From Eledone cirrhosa (Eukaryota), in the NCBI GenBank assembly GCA_964016885.1, contig OZ024743.1, positions 300,266,001 through 300,330,000 on the forward strand: a stretch of DNA of 64,000 nucleotides, written 5' to 3'. The notes beneath the pieces are model-generated. The model did not search any database, was not told the origin of the DNA, and was given only the letters and a program-made list of their open reading frames with translations. The translations under genes and the position numbers were made by a program. Numbering within the stretch: the first letter of the stretch is position 1; each line of letters opens with the position of its first letter. This document shows, piece by piece, positions 15,481 to 29,830 of this stretch.

Positions 15481-15856
15481 AAAATGTGTAAATATGATGT
15501 AGGGAAAGGTAGATTAAATAGGTTAAAACTACGGAGCATCGATAGCAAAGCGTAATATCAACATATAAATGCGGAAAACGGAGACATTGAACATTTATAA
15601 CGTATAGCAAAAGCAACCTCAGAGGCGTTCTTGGTATTGTCAAAAGGACAAAAATAGCACACGGATACAGCAAATGTAAGCACGTATACAAAAAAGAAGA
15701 AAAACAGCGATTACATGTTGGCGGATGGGGTGCCTACAAAACTTCCTTATAGACTATATTTTGGGTTATGTCAGCTCCCCATTCGAGAGCAGCCAACATA
15801 TAGCTGACCATGGAGAAACACGGTTCTTCTAAATTAATCCCTACAACCGTCAGCGT

Positions 15857-18800
15857 CTAACCGTGGGATTTGTTAATCGACATGGCGAAACTGAGCCGGA
15901 GAGGAAATTGCAGACTTTTGAATGTGAAAGGAATGTCTTTACCGGATGGAATGAGAGCTATCCTTGGTATAAATACAGTATCACCGTTACCACATCCTGT
16001 AAGTATTGTTACCTCAATAACATGAGGCGTCGCCTTTTGGACGACCAGATGCGCCCCGTTGGAAAGCCTTCGGGGTTCCAAATTCCTGAGGAGCATGACA
16101 GGGGCACCTTTCTTAAGTCGCAGTAAGTGTGCTGGCAATCCGTGAGAGTCTAGGGAGTTAAGAAATGATGTGGGGTAATTCACAAGTTCGTCCGGATCAG
16201 CCATAGAGTCAACGTACTTGTAGACGTGCAAGCACGTCATGAGCTGTTCATTGATGTTTCCAACTATGTGGTTTTTGGAAGCCAATATTGCGCGTTCACA
16301 CAACCACTCTTGATTGGTGTAGTTCTCCTCAAATTTAGGAGAAACAGACGTCCGCAACTCAGCAATTGACTTAACGCATCTACAAATCACTGAGAAGTCG
16401 GCTGCGCCATCTCTGTCGAGTGGGACTTTGCCATCTCCCAACGACAAAATAGCAGCGGCAAAACCCGCTGATGTCTCATCACCTTGCAGTTGTGCTCTCA
16501 TGTTTGTTGTAAGCGTCAGCCTTCTTACAAAACGCCAAAGTGGGGAGGCCTTAAGGCATGTACCAACCTCATCAGCCCTCGTACCTTTTGGGATTACAGG
16601 CAGAGTCTGTCGGAAGTCCCCAGATGACAGGAAAGTGATACCTCCTATAGGTTCTTGACAGTCCCATATGTATCTGAGTGACCGGTCTAGGGCCTCGAAA
16701 GCTGCCTTGTGGGCCATTGTGCATTCGTCTCAAACAATAAGTAGGCAGCGCTTTAACACCAGTGCTTTTCCGGAAGACTTGCTGATGCTGCACGTGGGAG
16801 TCTCAGATGATGCCCCGTTGAGAGGAAGACTGAAGACAGAATGAGTCGTCCTGCCACCAGGCAGCAAAGTTGCTGCAATGCCGGAAGAAGCCACGGCCAA
16901 TGCGATGTTTCTGTGTTGCCTCACAACAACGAGAAAAGTTTGATTATAAATGTTTTGCCCGTGCCTCCAGATGCGTCCAGGAAGAATATAGCCCCTCCCC
17001 GATCACGGTGGCATCAACGACTATGTTGTAGCCTTGTTTTTAACCCATTAGAAATTTGGGTTCATTTTCTTCAACATACCTTCTGCGTTCGTCGACATCA
17101 TATGACGTTTCACGTATAATGTCGTTGGGAATGTCAGATGACGCATCTCGAAGTGTTTGCGGAAGCCCATATTTCTCCAAGACAACTCCTCCCATTGAAG
17201 CCTCTCTGTCCTCAACATTGATCAGAGCTCTGTTATATATAGCGTCTGAAAAGCCAACATCAAAGTTTTGAGATTCCAATTGTGCGAGACGCCTATATTC
17301 GCCTGCGAAATCATCTTTAAACTTTTGCCATAAAGTGTAAGGATCGCTCAATCAACAGACGTGCAAGAGGATAGCAAACAGTGCCCTTAGACTACGGGAT
17401 GATTGTGAGATGGCAGCTTCCGTCAAGGTTGCATCACATTGTGCGTCATCTTCTAAAATTCCACGCCTCAAGCACGCTTCCCCGAACGTTCCGCAGGCGT
17501 ATCCATTGGCGGTTCTCAGATGAGTGAAGATGGTCGGCCCTCTTACCTCCTGAAGCAGAAGTCGCAGGTAGAATCATTCGTGTTGGGTAGGGTGGACCGT
17601 ATAGACTCACCCAAGGCAATTGTCGAATTTGATGCCTGGATGGCCAACCACCTGTTGCCATACCTTCCCTCTTAGCCATTTTGTCCGGTTCCATGTATAG
17701 TAAGACGGTATTTCATAATAAAGCAGAGTTCGAGCGAAGTCCTCGTGTTGACAAAGTTTGAAAAAAGTGGTGAGTGTAGTTTCCTTTGGTGAGATCGCTA
17801 GCTGAGCAGCTGTTGCATCGTTGAAATACACCTGTCGACCGTTTTCAAGGTGAACGGCAAGTTGTTTAATGACGGGGTGTCGTTGGTGCAGTTGGAAGCC
17901 AAATATGCGCCAAAAGGCTTCATTGCTGCTAATATATCGACCTACCTGGTAGTCAGATACCTCGTGTTTACTGTTTTTATGACGAAGAGCAAAGATTGGC
18001 AGCATCCGATCCAATGTTTACGTACTTACAAACGTATTTAATTGATTTAACTGAGTTGCAAAATTCGACGTTTATATGGGCGTTGAACGCTTTCAAAGGG
18101 AGGGGGGGTGAAATGACACTATCCAGCTGTTGTCGATTTCGCGTTCGTCAACTTTTGCTGTGAACCCACCGTCTTCAGATCTCCTGCACCTATACAACGG
18201 ATATCCGTCACCGCCAGTCTGTGTTTCCTGTAAAAACACAGCCTGGGATATCGTTTTGTACACTTTCCGCCGTGTTTGCACAGGGTCTTCATATCGTGTC
18301 CATGTCAGCAAGGACCATGGGCCATGGACCAAAAGTTTCTTTTGATTTAATTTAATGAACGATAATCTCTCGGACTCCATTTTAAAGGCCATATCAACAG
18401 CAAAAGGTTGGAAAAGGTTGAATGAATTGTTCCTTACCATAAATCGGAGAGCGTAGAAATCCATTCAGGTGACAGTTTTGCTAAGATGTGCCTCCCCATT
18501 TCCTGCTGAATGTTGAGGAATGCCGAAATGGTTACCTTCCTCGCCGTTGACAAATAGCAATGGATACTGGAGTGAATCGTAGGACCTGTGTGTCTCATTG
18601 ATGCACTGTAATGTGCTGTCCCGGTGCTGTTCACCACAAATAACCGCAGCAATCTCATTGCATGTTGGTACGTTGAACCGACAAGCGTGTTCGCTAGATT
18701 GCCTTCGGTCAGCATGTATGACCACACTAAATTTTGGTCGCTGGCTGGTTCCAAAGCGTACTTGAAACTGGGAACATAGCTGTTTTTGTCAGGAAGCATT

Positions 18801-19880
18801 TCTTGAAGTTGTATTATGGTTTTAATGTTAATTTCGGACGAAAGAGAGTTTCGCATCTCTGTCTGCTCCAGATAGTTTCCAACGAAGTAAAGCTGAATAA
18901 ATTGATGATCCTTTTCTGCCAGAGGCTGAATAGACCCAATCAAGTGGTAGACCTGCCCCTGGATCTTGAAAGATCGCATGAACCCACGTTCCGAGGCAAG
19001 CTTATCTCCGAAGGATGTCATCTGAAAGGCGAAGTTGTAGCGGCGGATATTACGCAGAAACTTCGATGATTCATACGTCGTGTCTGTCAAAAGGAGTTGT
19101 AATGTCTCTGGAGGGTCGTGAATAGGAGGTAGTCTAACTTTACCGTTTGAACAACACATTCCATCTCTCTTTTTCGTACGACAAAACTGTCAAATAGAGA
19201 TCATTTCCCCAATTACAATATCTGCATTGGCGGCGTAGTTGGTGGAGGGGTCGTAGTTAAATGCCTTCAACAACCATCGTGAATTTCAAGTCCTAGAAAT
19301 GCCACGTAACGATGATCGCCGCTGTTCACCTTGCAGAAGTCGACCACGTCGTTGCTCTATGATTTCAGTATTTCGTGTAGCAACAGTGCCAGCAGCGTCC
19401 CTGCTTCGCGAACGGCGTGTCGTCCTTCATCCTCTCGAGCGCGAGCAGCGGATGTTGCAGCGGCGATCCTGTTTCGTCGAACGGCGCATCGTCCTTCATC
19501 CTCTTCAGCGCGAGCAGCGGATGTTGCAGCGGCGTCGCTGCTTCGTCGAACGGGGCGTCGTCCTTCATCCTCTCGAGCGATGACAGCGGATGTTGCGGTG
19601 GCGTCCCTTCTTCGTTGAACGGCACGTCGTCCTTCATCCTCTCGATCGCGAGCAGCAGCAGTCGCGGCAGCATCTTTGCTCCGTTGAGGTTCACGTCGAC
19701 TGTCATCCTCCTCCTCTCTTGCAGCTGCCGTCTGCACAGCATTCTGTGATAGCCTGAGCGCAGTCGCATTTACATCTTCGGTGAGACGCCTTCGCTTAGG
19801 CTTACTTACATCATTAGATAATCGACCAATGAAAGTTCTTTTCTTGGCGGCTTTGTTTTTAGAAAATTAACCAGGGAGAA
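15857..19880 (-). pseudogene. Helitron Rep/PIF1-helicase (RepHel), multiply frameshifted
   Basis: CCSNGKV zinc motif; NIRRYN-AFQMTSFG; IQGQVYHLIGS; YDSLQYPLLF; Rep motif HINVEFCNSVKSIKYVCKYV; GRYISSNEAFWRIF; helicase motifs DASGGTGKTF, VASSGIAATLL, GDFRQTLPV, LTTNMR, QFPLRLSFAMSINKS. Confidence 0.92.
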
Positions 19881-20749
19881 CGATAAATAGTGGACAAATA
19901 ACGTTTAAGTAAGCAAATCTAAACACGGATATAATTTGTGAAAAAATGTGATAAATGTATGTGGTCTGAGAAAGTGGGTATGTTTTACAAGATTCTGTGT
20001 ACCAGTCAAATTTCAGGTTTTAAGTTAGGGGCAACGCAGCGAACGGACTACTTGTGATAAAGGAAATTAAATAGTGTGGCTACAGTGGTAGGTATATAAG
20101 TGTCAGTATGTTTGTTCAATTCGAATATAGCAATAAGTAAGTACTAGCCATTGAAAAGGTACAGGCAAAAATGGCCGAAAAATCACAGCATGATAAACTG
20201 GAACATTATGACCATAAACACATTAACTAATCCTCCTTTAAGGTGACAAATGTTGAAGAAGCATGCGTTTCAGAAACATGGGGTAGCTTATGAGAGTACG
20301 CCTGTAAAAATACCTACCACTTGTCAAAAGCCAAAAAAGAAGTGTGATCCTAGGTCGTTCTTGGCCGATATAAATAGGAGTGATTTCGCTCAATGAACAA
20401 CAGTCGCGTTGCTTGATTGGTTAGATAATACAAATAAGTAAATTGAAATCTACTGAACACAACTCACTGATGTGTGGTTGGCCAGAGGTCACCATTTCGC
20501 ACTTAATTGAGGTGCAATTAAACGGGCGAGACAATCGGGTGCAAAAACTAATCACTCATTCGCACAGTTTAGGTATGAATGTGAAATAACACGATCCACA
20601 TACAGTAGACGTTAAAATTTAAACCTGGGTTAAATCGCGCCTTCCTGGTTCGGAGTGTGAAATGACGCCAAAGTTCAAGGAAACAAATTTAACTCGCCAT
20701 TCCGCACTTAATTGTGGTGCAACTACACGGGGGAGGCAACCAGGTGCAA

Positions 20750-21850
20750 AATTAAATTCAATCATCCTAAAGTTAACTAGACAAACTAAAGTTAGGTCAG
20801 GGGGATTTAAAAATTCGCTACTCCATTTGTAGGATATGAGTAACCGATGCGTCAACTTTCGTTTAAATTGACCTTTATTTCCAGAAGTTGAAATGCTTTG
20901 CTGCAACCATAATATGAAGTTTGAAAGTGTTCCAAAGAGGCTCACTTCCCTACCTAGGGGGCTCCCTTGCAAAATCCAAGTGATAACGAATGTGTGGTGC
21001 TTTATCTTATGGCAGGCAATAACCATTTCGTTTAGGTTTTGCAAGAATCAAGTATAAACACCCGAGGTTATGGTGCTTTTTTATTGTGGCAGTTTGAACT
21101 TTTATAGGTTGATGAATTGGGCTCATTGTCCCCGAGGGGGTCCTCTTGCTGAATTGAAAGGAAAATAAATGTGCCTCGCTGTTTCTTCATCTGTAGTACA
21201 TGAATAACAACTAAGTTGAAATTCATTTTATTGGACTACCAATTATCAAAGCTACAAAGCATTACAATAGCCAAATTCAATAAATGACTCGCCGGGGCTT
21301 ACTGAACCCTGGGGGTCCCGTTGTTTGTTCCGGGTATAGACAGTGTCATCAACATCATCTGTAGGCAATGGGTAACCAATGTGTCCGGTAAAGTTAAAAT
21401 CGAACGTAAACTTCTAAAGTTATCAGGTACTAATACAGTGTTAATGTGAATCGTCAATAGATAAGCCGAAGGGGCTTATGACCCCCAGCGGTCCCCTTGA
21501 TATGTTAAATAAAAGTTCATGTGTTCAACTTCCTTTATAAGCCATGGGTAACCAATACGTCTCGCTTCGTGAAAACCAAACACCAACTCAAGCAGTTATG
21601 ACGTTTTGTTGCATTCATCAAGTCGAATTTTTGCGCAAGTGCACGCCTGAGAATTTATTTGTAGGCCATGAGCAAACAAAAGATTAATTTTGGTGAAGAT
21701 GAGAGGCAAACTGTAGGAATTATGGGGCCTTTATGCAGTAGTACTGCTGACTCCACAATCGATGTACGGAAAAATAAAATAACCTACGACGCATAATGAG
21801 ACTTCAGAAACGTATGCATGAAATTTGGTGCAAATCGGTTGTAAAATGTA
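20750..21850. repeat. Degenerate ~170-190 bp tandem repeats in the Helitron 5' non-coding region
   Basis: Recurring ccc..ggggg(t/c)ccc blocks (~20952, 21129, 21306, 21481) and gc(a/c)atgggtaaccaat blocks (21365, 21541). Confidence 0.55.
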
Positions 21851-22307
21851 GAAATGCATGCGGTTAAAAGACAGACACAACATACATCTGTTTTATATAT
21901 ATAGATAGATATGTGGGTGTGTATTGTGTGCGTGCGTGTGCGTATAGATCATTATGTGAGTAGCTTGTGGTTACTAGCGGCTGTAGTTTGCAGACTGTAT
22001 ATAAAGTGACGATTCTATCTTCACTTTATATATATATACATATATAACAGGAAAGCGCAAACGGGTGACATACCCTTCGTCAGTTGTCTGCTGGAGATCA
22101 CGGACATTTCAACGCATTAAAGACAATAATATATCTAGCTCCAATGCGTCCGTAACTATTGGAATTTATTGGAGAAAATAGGAGAGAAAAAATATAACGG
22201 AAGGAAAATAAGAATGAAATAATGCAGAGAACATATCGAAGAAGAGAAAAACATGAAAAGCACATGTATGTATATGAGTAACCGGCAGAGAGTGAGGGAG
22301 AAGTCAA

Positions 22308-22407
22308 AACCAGCTACTGGACTTAAGTCCGAGGTTTTGTTGACGGTAAATTAGAAAGCTCTAATTCACTGTCAACAAAGTCTCGGACTCAAGTCCAGTA
22401 GCTGGTT
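22308..22407. repeat. ~100-bp imperfect hairpin
   Basis: aaccagctactggactt...aagtccagtagctggtt, with pairing continuing to a short central loop. Confidence 0.85.
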
Positions 22408-22588
22408 CCATGCCAGTGTATATATATAATTAAATTAAAATTAAGCTCTGTGACCTTTCCTAAGGGGTTCATATTTCGAGCTTCGTCACATTTAGTAAGA
22501 AACTGCTATTATGCCCAATTTATTCATCTCCTATATATATATATATATGATATTAAATAAATGGAAACTATATTTATAAAACCATATT

Positions 22589-22654
22589 TATTTCATTATA
22601 TATATTTCAGGGATATCATATTAACAATATGTTATGCCTTCTTCAGACAAAATA
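22589..22654 (-). ncRNA. Hammerhead ribozyme family E
   Basis: Reverse complement: tattttgt CTGAAGA aggcataacatattgttaatatgatatccct GAAA tatata TA atgaaata. Confidence 0.85.
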
Positions 22655-22815
22655 CAATATAGACACTTTTATAGATAAATAGATTTGACATACCGTTCAA
22701 CATCGACTTGTATTTGAAAAAGTTGATTTGGCAGTCTGCCAAATCAACTTTTTCAAATACAAGTCGATGTTGAATGGTATGTCAAGTCTATTTATCTATA
22801 AAACTGTCTATATTG

Positions 22816-22881
22816 TATTTTGTCTGAAGAAGGCATAACATATTGTTAATATGATATCCCTGAAATATATATAATTAAATA
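22816..22881 (+). ncRNA. Hammerhead ribozyme family E (one stem I mismatch)
   Basis: tattttgt CTGAAGA agg...cct GAAA tatata TA attaaata. Confidence 0.8.
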
Positions 22882-23250
22882 AATATGGTTTTATAAATAT
22901 AGTTTCCATTTATTTAATATCGTAAATATACTCCAAATACTTGTTGAGTGCTTTTATATCAGTTATAAATATTTACTAGTTGTAACCCAACAATTTAAAT
23001 ATAACTTTCCATGTATATATATATATGTATATTTGTGTGTGTATATGTATGTATATGTGGATAGACCAGGTTTTTTTCATTCTGAAGATTGAAGGAACAT
23101 TTTTTTGCTTTTAAGAAACCACTGCCTTATGTTGCTTTATTACTTTACTACTATATATATGTATATGTAAGGTTCATATGAATTATCTAAGACTGAGTTT
23201 TACACATACACACATGTATGTGTGTGTGTATGTGTATGCATGTGTGTATA

Positions 23251-23295
<45 letters not shown>

Positions 23296-23454
23296 GCGTG
23301 TGTGTATATATATATATGTATGTGTGTGTGTGTGTGTGTTTGTATTTGGTTGTGCGTGTTTATGATATGTACGTATTTGTATGTGTATAATTGTTTAGCC
23401 ATGTATGGTTATGTGTGTGTATGTATACATATATGTGTGTGGGTGTGTGTTTGT

Positions 23455-23512
<58 letters not shown>

Positions 23513-24276
23513 ATATAATTACATATACATATGTGTGTGTATATATTGTATACGTGTGCGTGTTTGTGCATGTATGTGTATGTATGTGTTTATGTATTTG
23601 TATATGCATATTTATGTGTGAGAGTGTGTGTATGTGTTTACTATTTCGTACGTATGTATACGTGCATTTGTGTGTATTACTTACCACGTGTGTCTGTCCA
23701 GTTAGCTGCCTTATGTAACGGTGTCAAATATTTTTAATATATATATATATATTTTTTTTTCTTATATTTATTTGCGTGTGTGAATATGTAGAGGAGTGCA
23801 TTTATGTAACGTGTGTATATATGTATGATTGTGTGAATGTATGTATGTATATATATGTGTGTGTGCATGGCTATGTTTGTATATGTGTATGCTTGTACAC
23901 ACATATATATGTGCATATGTATATGTGTATATATATATATATATATGTGTGTATATATGTGTGTGTGTGTGTATGTATGTGTGTGTGTGTATGCATGAGT
24001 GTATGTATGTGTATATGTGTATGTATGTGTATGTTTATATATGTGTATGTATATATATATGTGTATATGTATATTTGTATATATATATATATATGTATAT
24101 ATATATGTGTGTGTATGTATGCTTTTTGGGGGTTTTTTTTGTTTTTTTTTGTGTGTGTGTTTGCATGTGTAGTTTTATTTTATTTTACCTTTCCTTCTTC
24201 CTTCTCCAGCCTCACTTTCATATAGATTGCATTTTTGTTTTTTTTTAATCCAAATTCAATAAACAAACCAGGATTT

Positions 24277-24336
24277 TTTCATTCTGAGGATTGAAAGCAA
24301 AACCTTTTGCTTTTAAGAAACCACTGGTAAATGGAA
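24277..24336 (+). ncRNA. Type-I hammerhead ribozyme family F
   Basis: tttcatt CTGAGGA ttgaaagcaaaa-cc-ttttgcttttaa GAAA cc-act-gg TA aatggaa: all three stems and the core are intact. Copies lacking the stem I 3' arm lie at ~23075-23125 (+) and ~47333-47390 (-). Confidence 0.88.
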
Positions 24337-24369
24337 TAATTGCCTTATGTTGTTTATTACATAATAATA

Positions 24370-24401
<32 letters not shown>

Positions 24402-24699
24402 CTGTGTGTGTGTGTGTACATTATATTTATTATGGCTATTGATGAGATTTATTACTCTATGCATTCACCTGCGCACTCACAGGATCACCCGGCTTGTCTG
24501 GGGAGTTCGCAGGTGAGACCCCATGGTGAGAATGCTTAGCCATAATAAATTAATATTTAAACTCTACTTCGGTATTGAGTTTTCATTCTTATGTCCTTCA
24601 ATCATTCACGTTCCCTCAGGTCTTGAATAATTGTCCACACACCCGCTCATTAATTTGTCAGATTTTTTTCCAGCCTCACCGACCGATCTTACTTTGTCA

Positions 24700-25420
24700 G
24701 ATACAACACACTCTAATATACAACACACTCTCCAAACACCAAACACGCCCTCTCCCTATATTTACTACACAGAACATTCTTCCTATAAAGCTCTCTATAT
24801 CCATTAACACAAAACTCTCCCCTCTATATAGAAATTAGCACCAATCTCTCACACTTTCTATATCTACTACAGGAAACGCTCCTCCAATAGCCCTCTATAT
24901 ATCAATTAATATCAAACTCTCAACTTCCCTATATCTTCTACACGTAACTCTCTTCCAATCCCCTTTCTAAATCAGTTAACACCAAACTCTCCCTCTCTCT
25001 ATATCTACTACACGGAACTCTCTATATCAATAACTATCAATCTCCCCCTTACTATATCTACTACACGAAACGTTCTCCCAATCCATCTCTCTATATCTAT
25101 TAATACCAAACTCCCTCCTCTCTATATCGACAATACGACACTCTCAAATTATTCCTCTCTGTATATCTACAACAACCAAACTCTCCCCCTCTCTATAACT
25201 ACTACACAGAACTCTCTTTAAATACCCCGCTCTATATCAATTAACACCTAAATATCCCCCTCTATATATCTACTATACGGAACTCTCTTCCAATCCCTCT
25301 CTCTGTATCAATAAACATCAATCTCACTTTCTCTATATCTAATATAAAACACATTCTCACAACTTTCCTCACTATATCAATTACCATCAAACTCTCCCCT
25401 CTCTGTATATCTATATCTAT
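24700..25420. repeat. Diverged ~70-bp minisatellite
   Basis: Recurring approximate unit acaccaaactctcccctctctatatctactacacggaactctcttccaatccctctctctatatcaatta. Confidence 0.85.
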
Positions 25421-25795
25421 CCCTCCCATCTATCTATACATAACATGTACATAAATTGTAATGTATATACAAATAGATGTGAGTTTTGGTAGTTTGGGGA
25501 GAAAAATATAATTATCGGGGGCCATGCCGACATCCCTTCCTATTCCACCACCCCTGATTAGTACTGAGCCTCTGTTCAACTGGTCATTATGCTGTTAGTT
25601 CATCACTAATGTCTATTTTTATGTTGATTTATCCTCGTTTTAATTTTGCAAATATAATAGTATCAAGTAGTGCTTTTTTCTGTCCGGACATTTCAGCACA
25701 GCGGGGTACTCTTTATAAAAAATTAACCTTGGTCTGTACTGAAATGTTAATTTATCTTTTAAGCTTAGTGTTTTTAAATATATATATATATATAC

Positions 25796-26190
<395 letters not shown>

Positions 26191-26246
26191 CGGCGATGAA
26201 TTAGTTTAGCGACGTTTTTTTATATGAAATCGTGTGTCGAAACAGA

Positions 26247-26832
<586 letters not shown>

Positions 26833-27182
26833 CATTATGAAGAGAGAAGAAACATTTAGATATAATTAGTAATAAAATGTATCATACCTAAACTGTTCCT
26901 AAATTCCTCGACTACGTAGTTTCGTGGCATAAACAAAAACAATATATCAAAGATATAGAGTCCTTGCGAGGTCTGCCGACTTATCAAGAGGATACCTCAT
27001 TTTACTAGTCTCAAGAACGCGTCTACACGACGTGAGAAAGAATCCCAAAAGGCGGAGGGGGAGATAGTCACGCGATATAACGGTCGAGAAACATGTATAT
27101 ATATATCTCACTGAGAATTGCGTATACACGTCTCCGTGGAAAGCTCGAGACCGATATTTATATATTTGCCTGTGTGAATGAA

Positions 27183-27301
<119 letters not shown>

Positions 27302-27859
27302 TCACACAACATGCTTTTCTTTCTCTATATATTTTATGCGAAGGAGCTTGCCCTGGTAGTAAGGGAAGATGTTGGTGTTGATCACACTCACACAATCATA
27401 AAGTCTTGACTCGATTCTAGGTCCGAGCGGCGTGATGTGTGTTTGAGCAAGAAATTTAATTTCACGTTGTCTTTCATGATAGGACTGGGACCTCAATCGT
27501 TAAAACACCCCGAGGAACCTCCCATGAAATGCAACCTCGTAAGAGATAACCTAAACCTACATAGGTGTGAGCTGTAACATGATAGGACCCCTATCATTAA
27601 AAAACACAAGAAACCTCCTACGAGCCCCGCTAAACATACATAGGTGCAAGCTGTAAAATTCATCTTTGTTTTTATTTTCTATATATATGCATCAGTTTGA
27701 GTGTGGTATATATGTGTTTGTGAAAGTGTGTATGAGCTTTGAAGTGTGTATGAGCATGCTTTTAATATGAATATGTGCTCTGTGTTTAGTGTGTGATGAT
27801 AAACAACACATATTTCGGCGTGTGTCTGTGTGTGTGTATTATATATTGTCTACTACAAC

Positions 27860-28005
27860 GTCAGTGGACGGGAAATAATTTTGTCATAACCCGAGCACTG
27901 GCCCCTGACCGCCAGTAATGGAGGCAGTTGGTGCTGCTTTCAACACTGCAGTGTCCCAACGACCCTAAAAAGGTTTAAGGGTCCATGATGATGATGATGA
28001 TGATG
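27860..28005 (+). mobile_element. RTE-like LINE 3' end with (GAT)n tail
   Basis: Reads ALAPDRQ*WRQLV (the A-DR--WR motif) followed by (gat)n. Confidence 0.5.
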
Positions 28006-28073
28006 AACACCACAACATCTTTTGGTGTTTTTGTGTTTGGGCGCGCTCGTGTGTTTTATATATTGTATAATAA

Positions 28074-28200
28074 TTGTTTCTACTTTTGACACAAGGCCAG
28101 CAATTAACCAGTGCGTATTACTGGTACTTTATTTTATCGATCCCGTAAGGATGAAAGGCAAAGTTAACCTCGGCGGGATTTGAACTCAGAATGGCAAGGG
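28074..28200 (-). mobile_element. tRNA-derived SINE fragment
   Basis: B box gagttcaaatccc on the minus strand; the body ttttatcga(t/c)cccgtaaggatgaaagg is shared with 41941 and 63355. Confidence 0.8.
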
Positions 28201-28612
28201 CCATATTAATGGCATGCGATAATGTTTATTGCTCTGTATGTCTGAATGTACGTATGTGTCTGTGTGTATGCTGATGTGTGTGTCTAAGTTATGTTCTGGT
28301 ATAACAAGTATGTCTGTATGTGTGTGTGTGTTTTGGTTATAACAACAGCGTGTATTTATGTATGTGTTATGGCATAACATATTTCTGTGTATGTTTATGT
28401 GGGTGTATGTATGTATTTGTGTGTGTATGTGTGTGTGTGTATGCGTGTGGGTTATGGTTCAACAATGTCGTGTATTTGTGTATGTGCGTGAGAAGGAGTG
28501 AGTATAACAACGACGTATATTTATATGTGTGTGTGATTGTGTTAGTTATGGTATAATGACAACGTGTATATTTGTATGTGTGTGTGTGTGTGTGTATGTA
28601 TGTATGCATATA

Positions 28613-28688
<76 letters not shown>

Positions 28689-29649
28689 CATGGATGTATA
28701 TGTGTATGTATGTATGTATGTATGTGTTTGTATGTGAGTTATGGTATTGCAACGACCTGTATTTCTGTGTGTGTTATGGCATAATATCAACGTGTATTTT
28801 TCTATCTGTGTGTGTATGTGTATGTGATAACGCCAGGTATGAGTATGTTGTTATAAAATGGAAGTAAGGTCGATTGTTTAATAAGTTTAAATGTTGGTAT
28901 GACCGATTGTTAAATTGGTCTATCTCGCAGTCGTGATATTCCGGGTTCCACTAATCTACTGGTCATCTTAGGCAGGTGCGAGTGTCTTTTACATATACCC
29001 TCGTTTAACCCCAAGGTTTATGAGAAAAATTGGGTAGGCGAGTACTGGGACTCCTCGGGAAATCCCGTCAGATGGATACTGTGTCATGCATGATAAACCT
29101 GCCTGAGTATCATTAGGTTTGCAACGACATACACTCATACATGCACACATGCATGTACACATATACATACCTACATAAATTCATACATAACCACATCCAC
29201 CCATACATACATGCATGCATGTTTAAATACATACATACATGTTTACATACATACACACGTATATATACATATATACATAAATACATACATACATTCTAAA
29301 GATTTTTCAAATATATTAAGTGTTGTTTTTAAAGGTTCTGGACTTAAAAATTATAGCTATAGAATTTTAATATTTATAAGATTATAATTTACATATAAAT
29401 GGTAAATATTTTACCACAGGAAATATATATATTGAAGTATGTGGAATTCTCTGTCATTTACGCGTTAATATGAACTATAATCCTCCATTATCTCAGCCAC
29501 TTCTGTAACTGTTTAAAACGTTGAATAAGGTTACAAAGAGTGCTGGATTCAAACAGTTCTAAATCCAGGGTCTTCTCACTCTTGTTGGAGGAAACCCTCC
29601 CTGGTTGACCTTCACCGCTTCCTATCTCTCACTATAGTGGCTATGTGGG

Positions 29650-29830
29650 CCCAAGGTATAGGGTCGGATTATCGCACCATCCGATCTTTGGCCGCCCTCT
29701 GGTTCTTCTCCACTGCCTTTGTGTCCACTTGTCTCTGAAACGAGAGGAGAGACATGGCCAGCTCATCTATGTTTTTGCCCTTCTTGATGTTCTCGATTGG
29801 ATTGTCCTTCATGCCAGAATGTTGTCATAT
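29650..29830 (-). pseudogene. RTE-clade LINE ORF C-terminal remnant
   Basis: The minus strand reads *AGHVS...KWT...RRTRGRPKIGWCD (WxGHV and GRPxxxWxD motifs). Confidence 0.6.

Larger units (their letters stand above)
15032..21909 (-). mobile_element. Helitron with both termini, degenerate coding region
   Basis: Minus-strand 5' end TCTATCTATATATATAAAA at 21909. The 3' end has a GC-rich subterminal hairpin (gcgggcaacgccgggtaccgc) and CTAG at 15035-15032. It is inserted between A and T and has RepHel remnants inside. Confidence 0.9.
22549..23010. mobile_element. 373-bp near-perfect palindrome (22549-22921, 1-nt spacer at ~22735) of a pLTR 3' end, plus tail
   Basis: Centre ttggcag-t-ctgccaa. 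The arms match the pLTR ends at 58700-58950 and 60590-60755. Confidence 0.9.

Noticed and set aside
20619-21044. 141-aa ORF inside the Helitron as a captured gene
   Set aside because: It lies in degenerate internal tandem repeats, has no recognisable domain and uses a non-ATG start.
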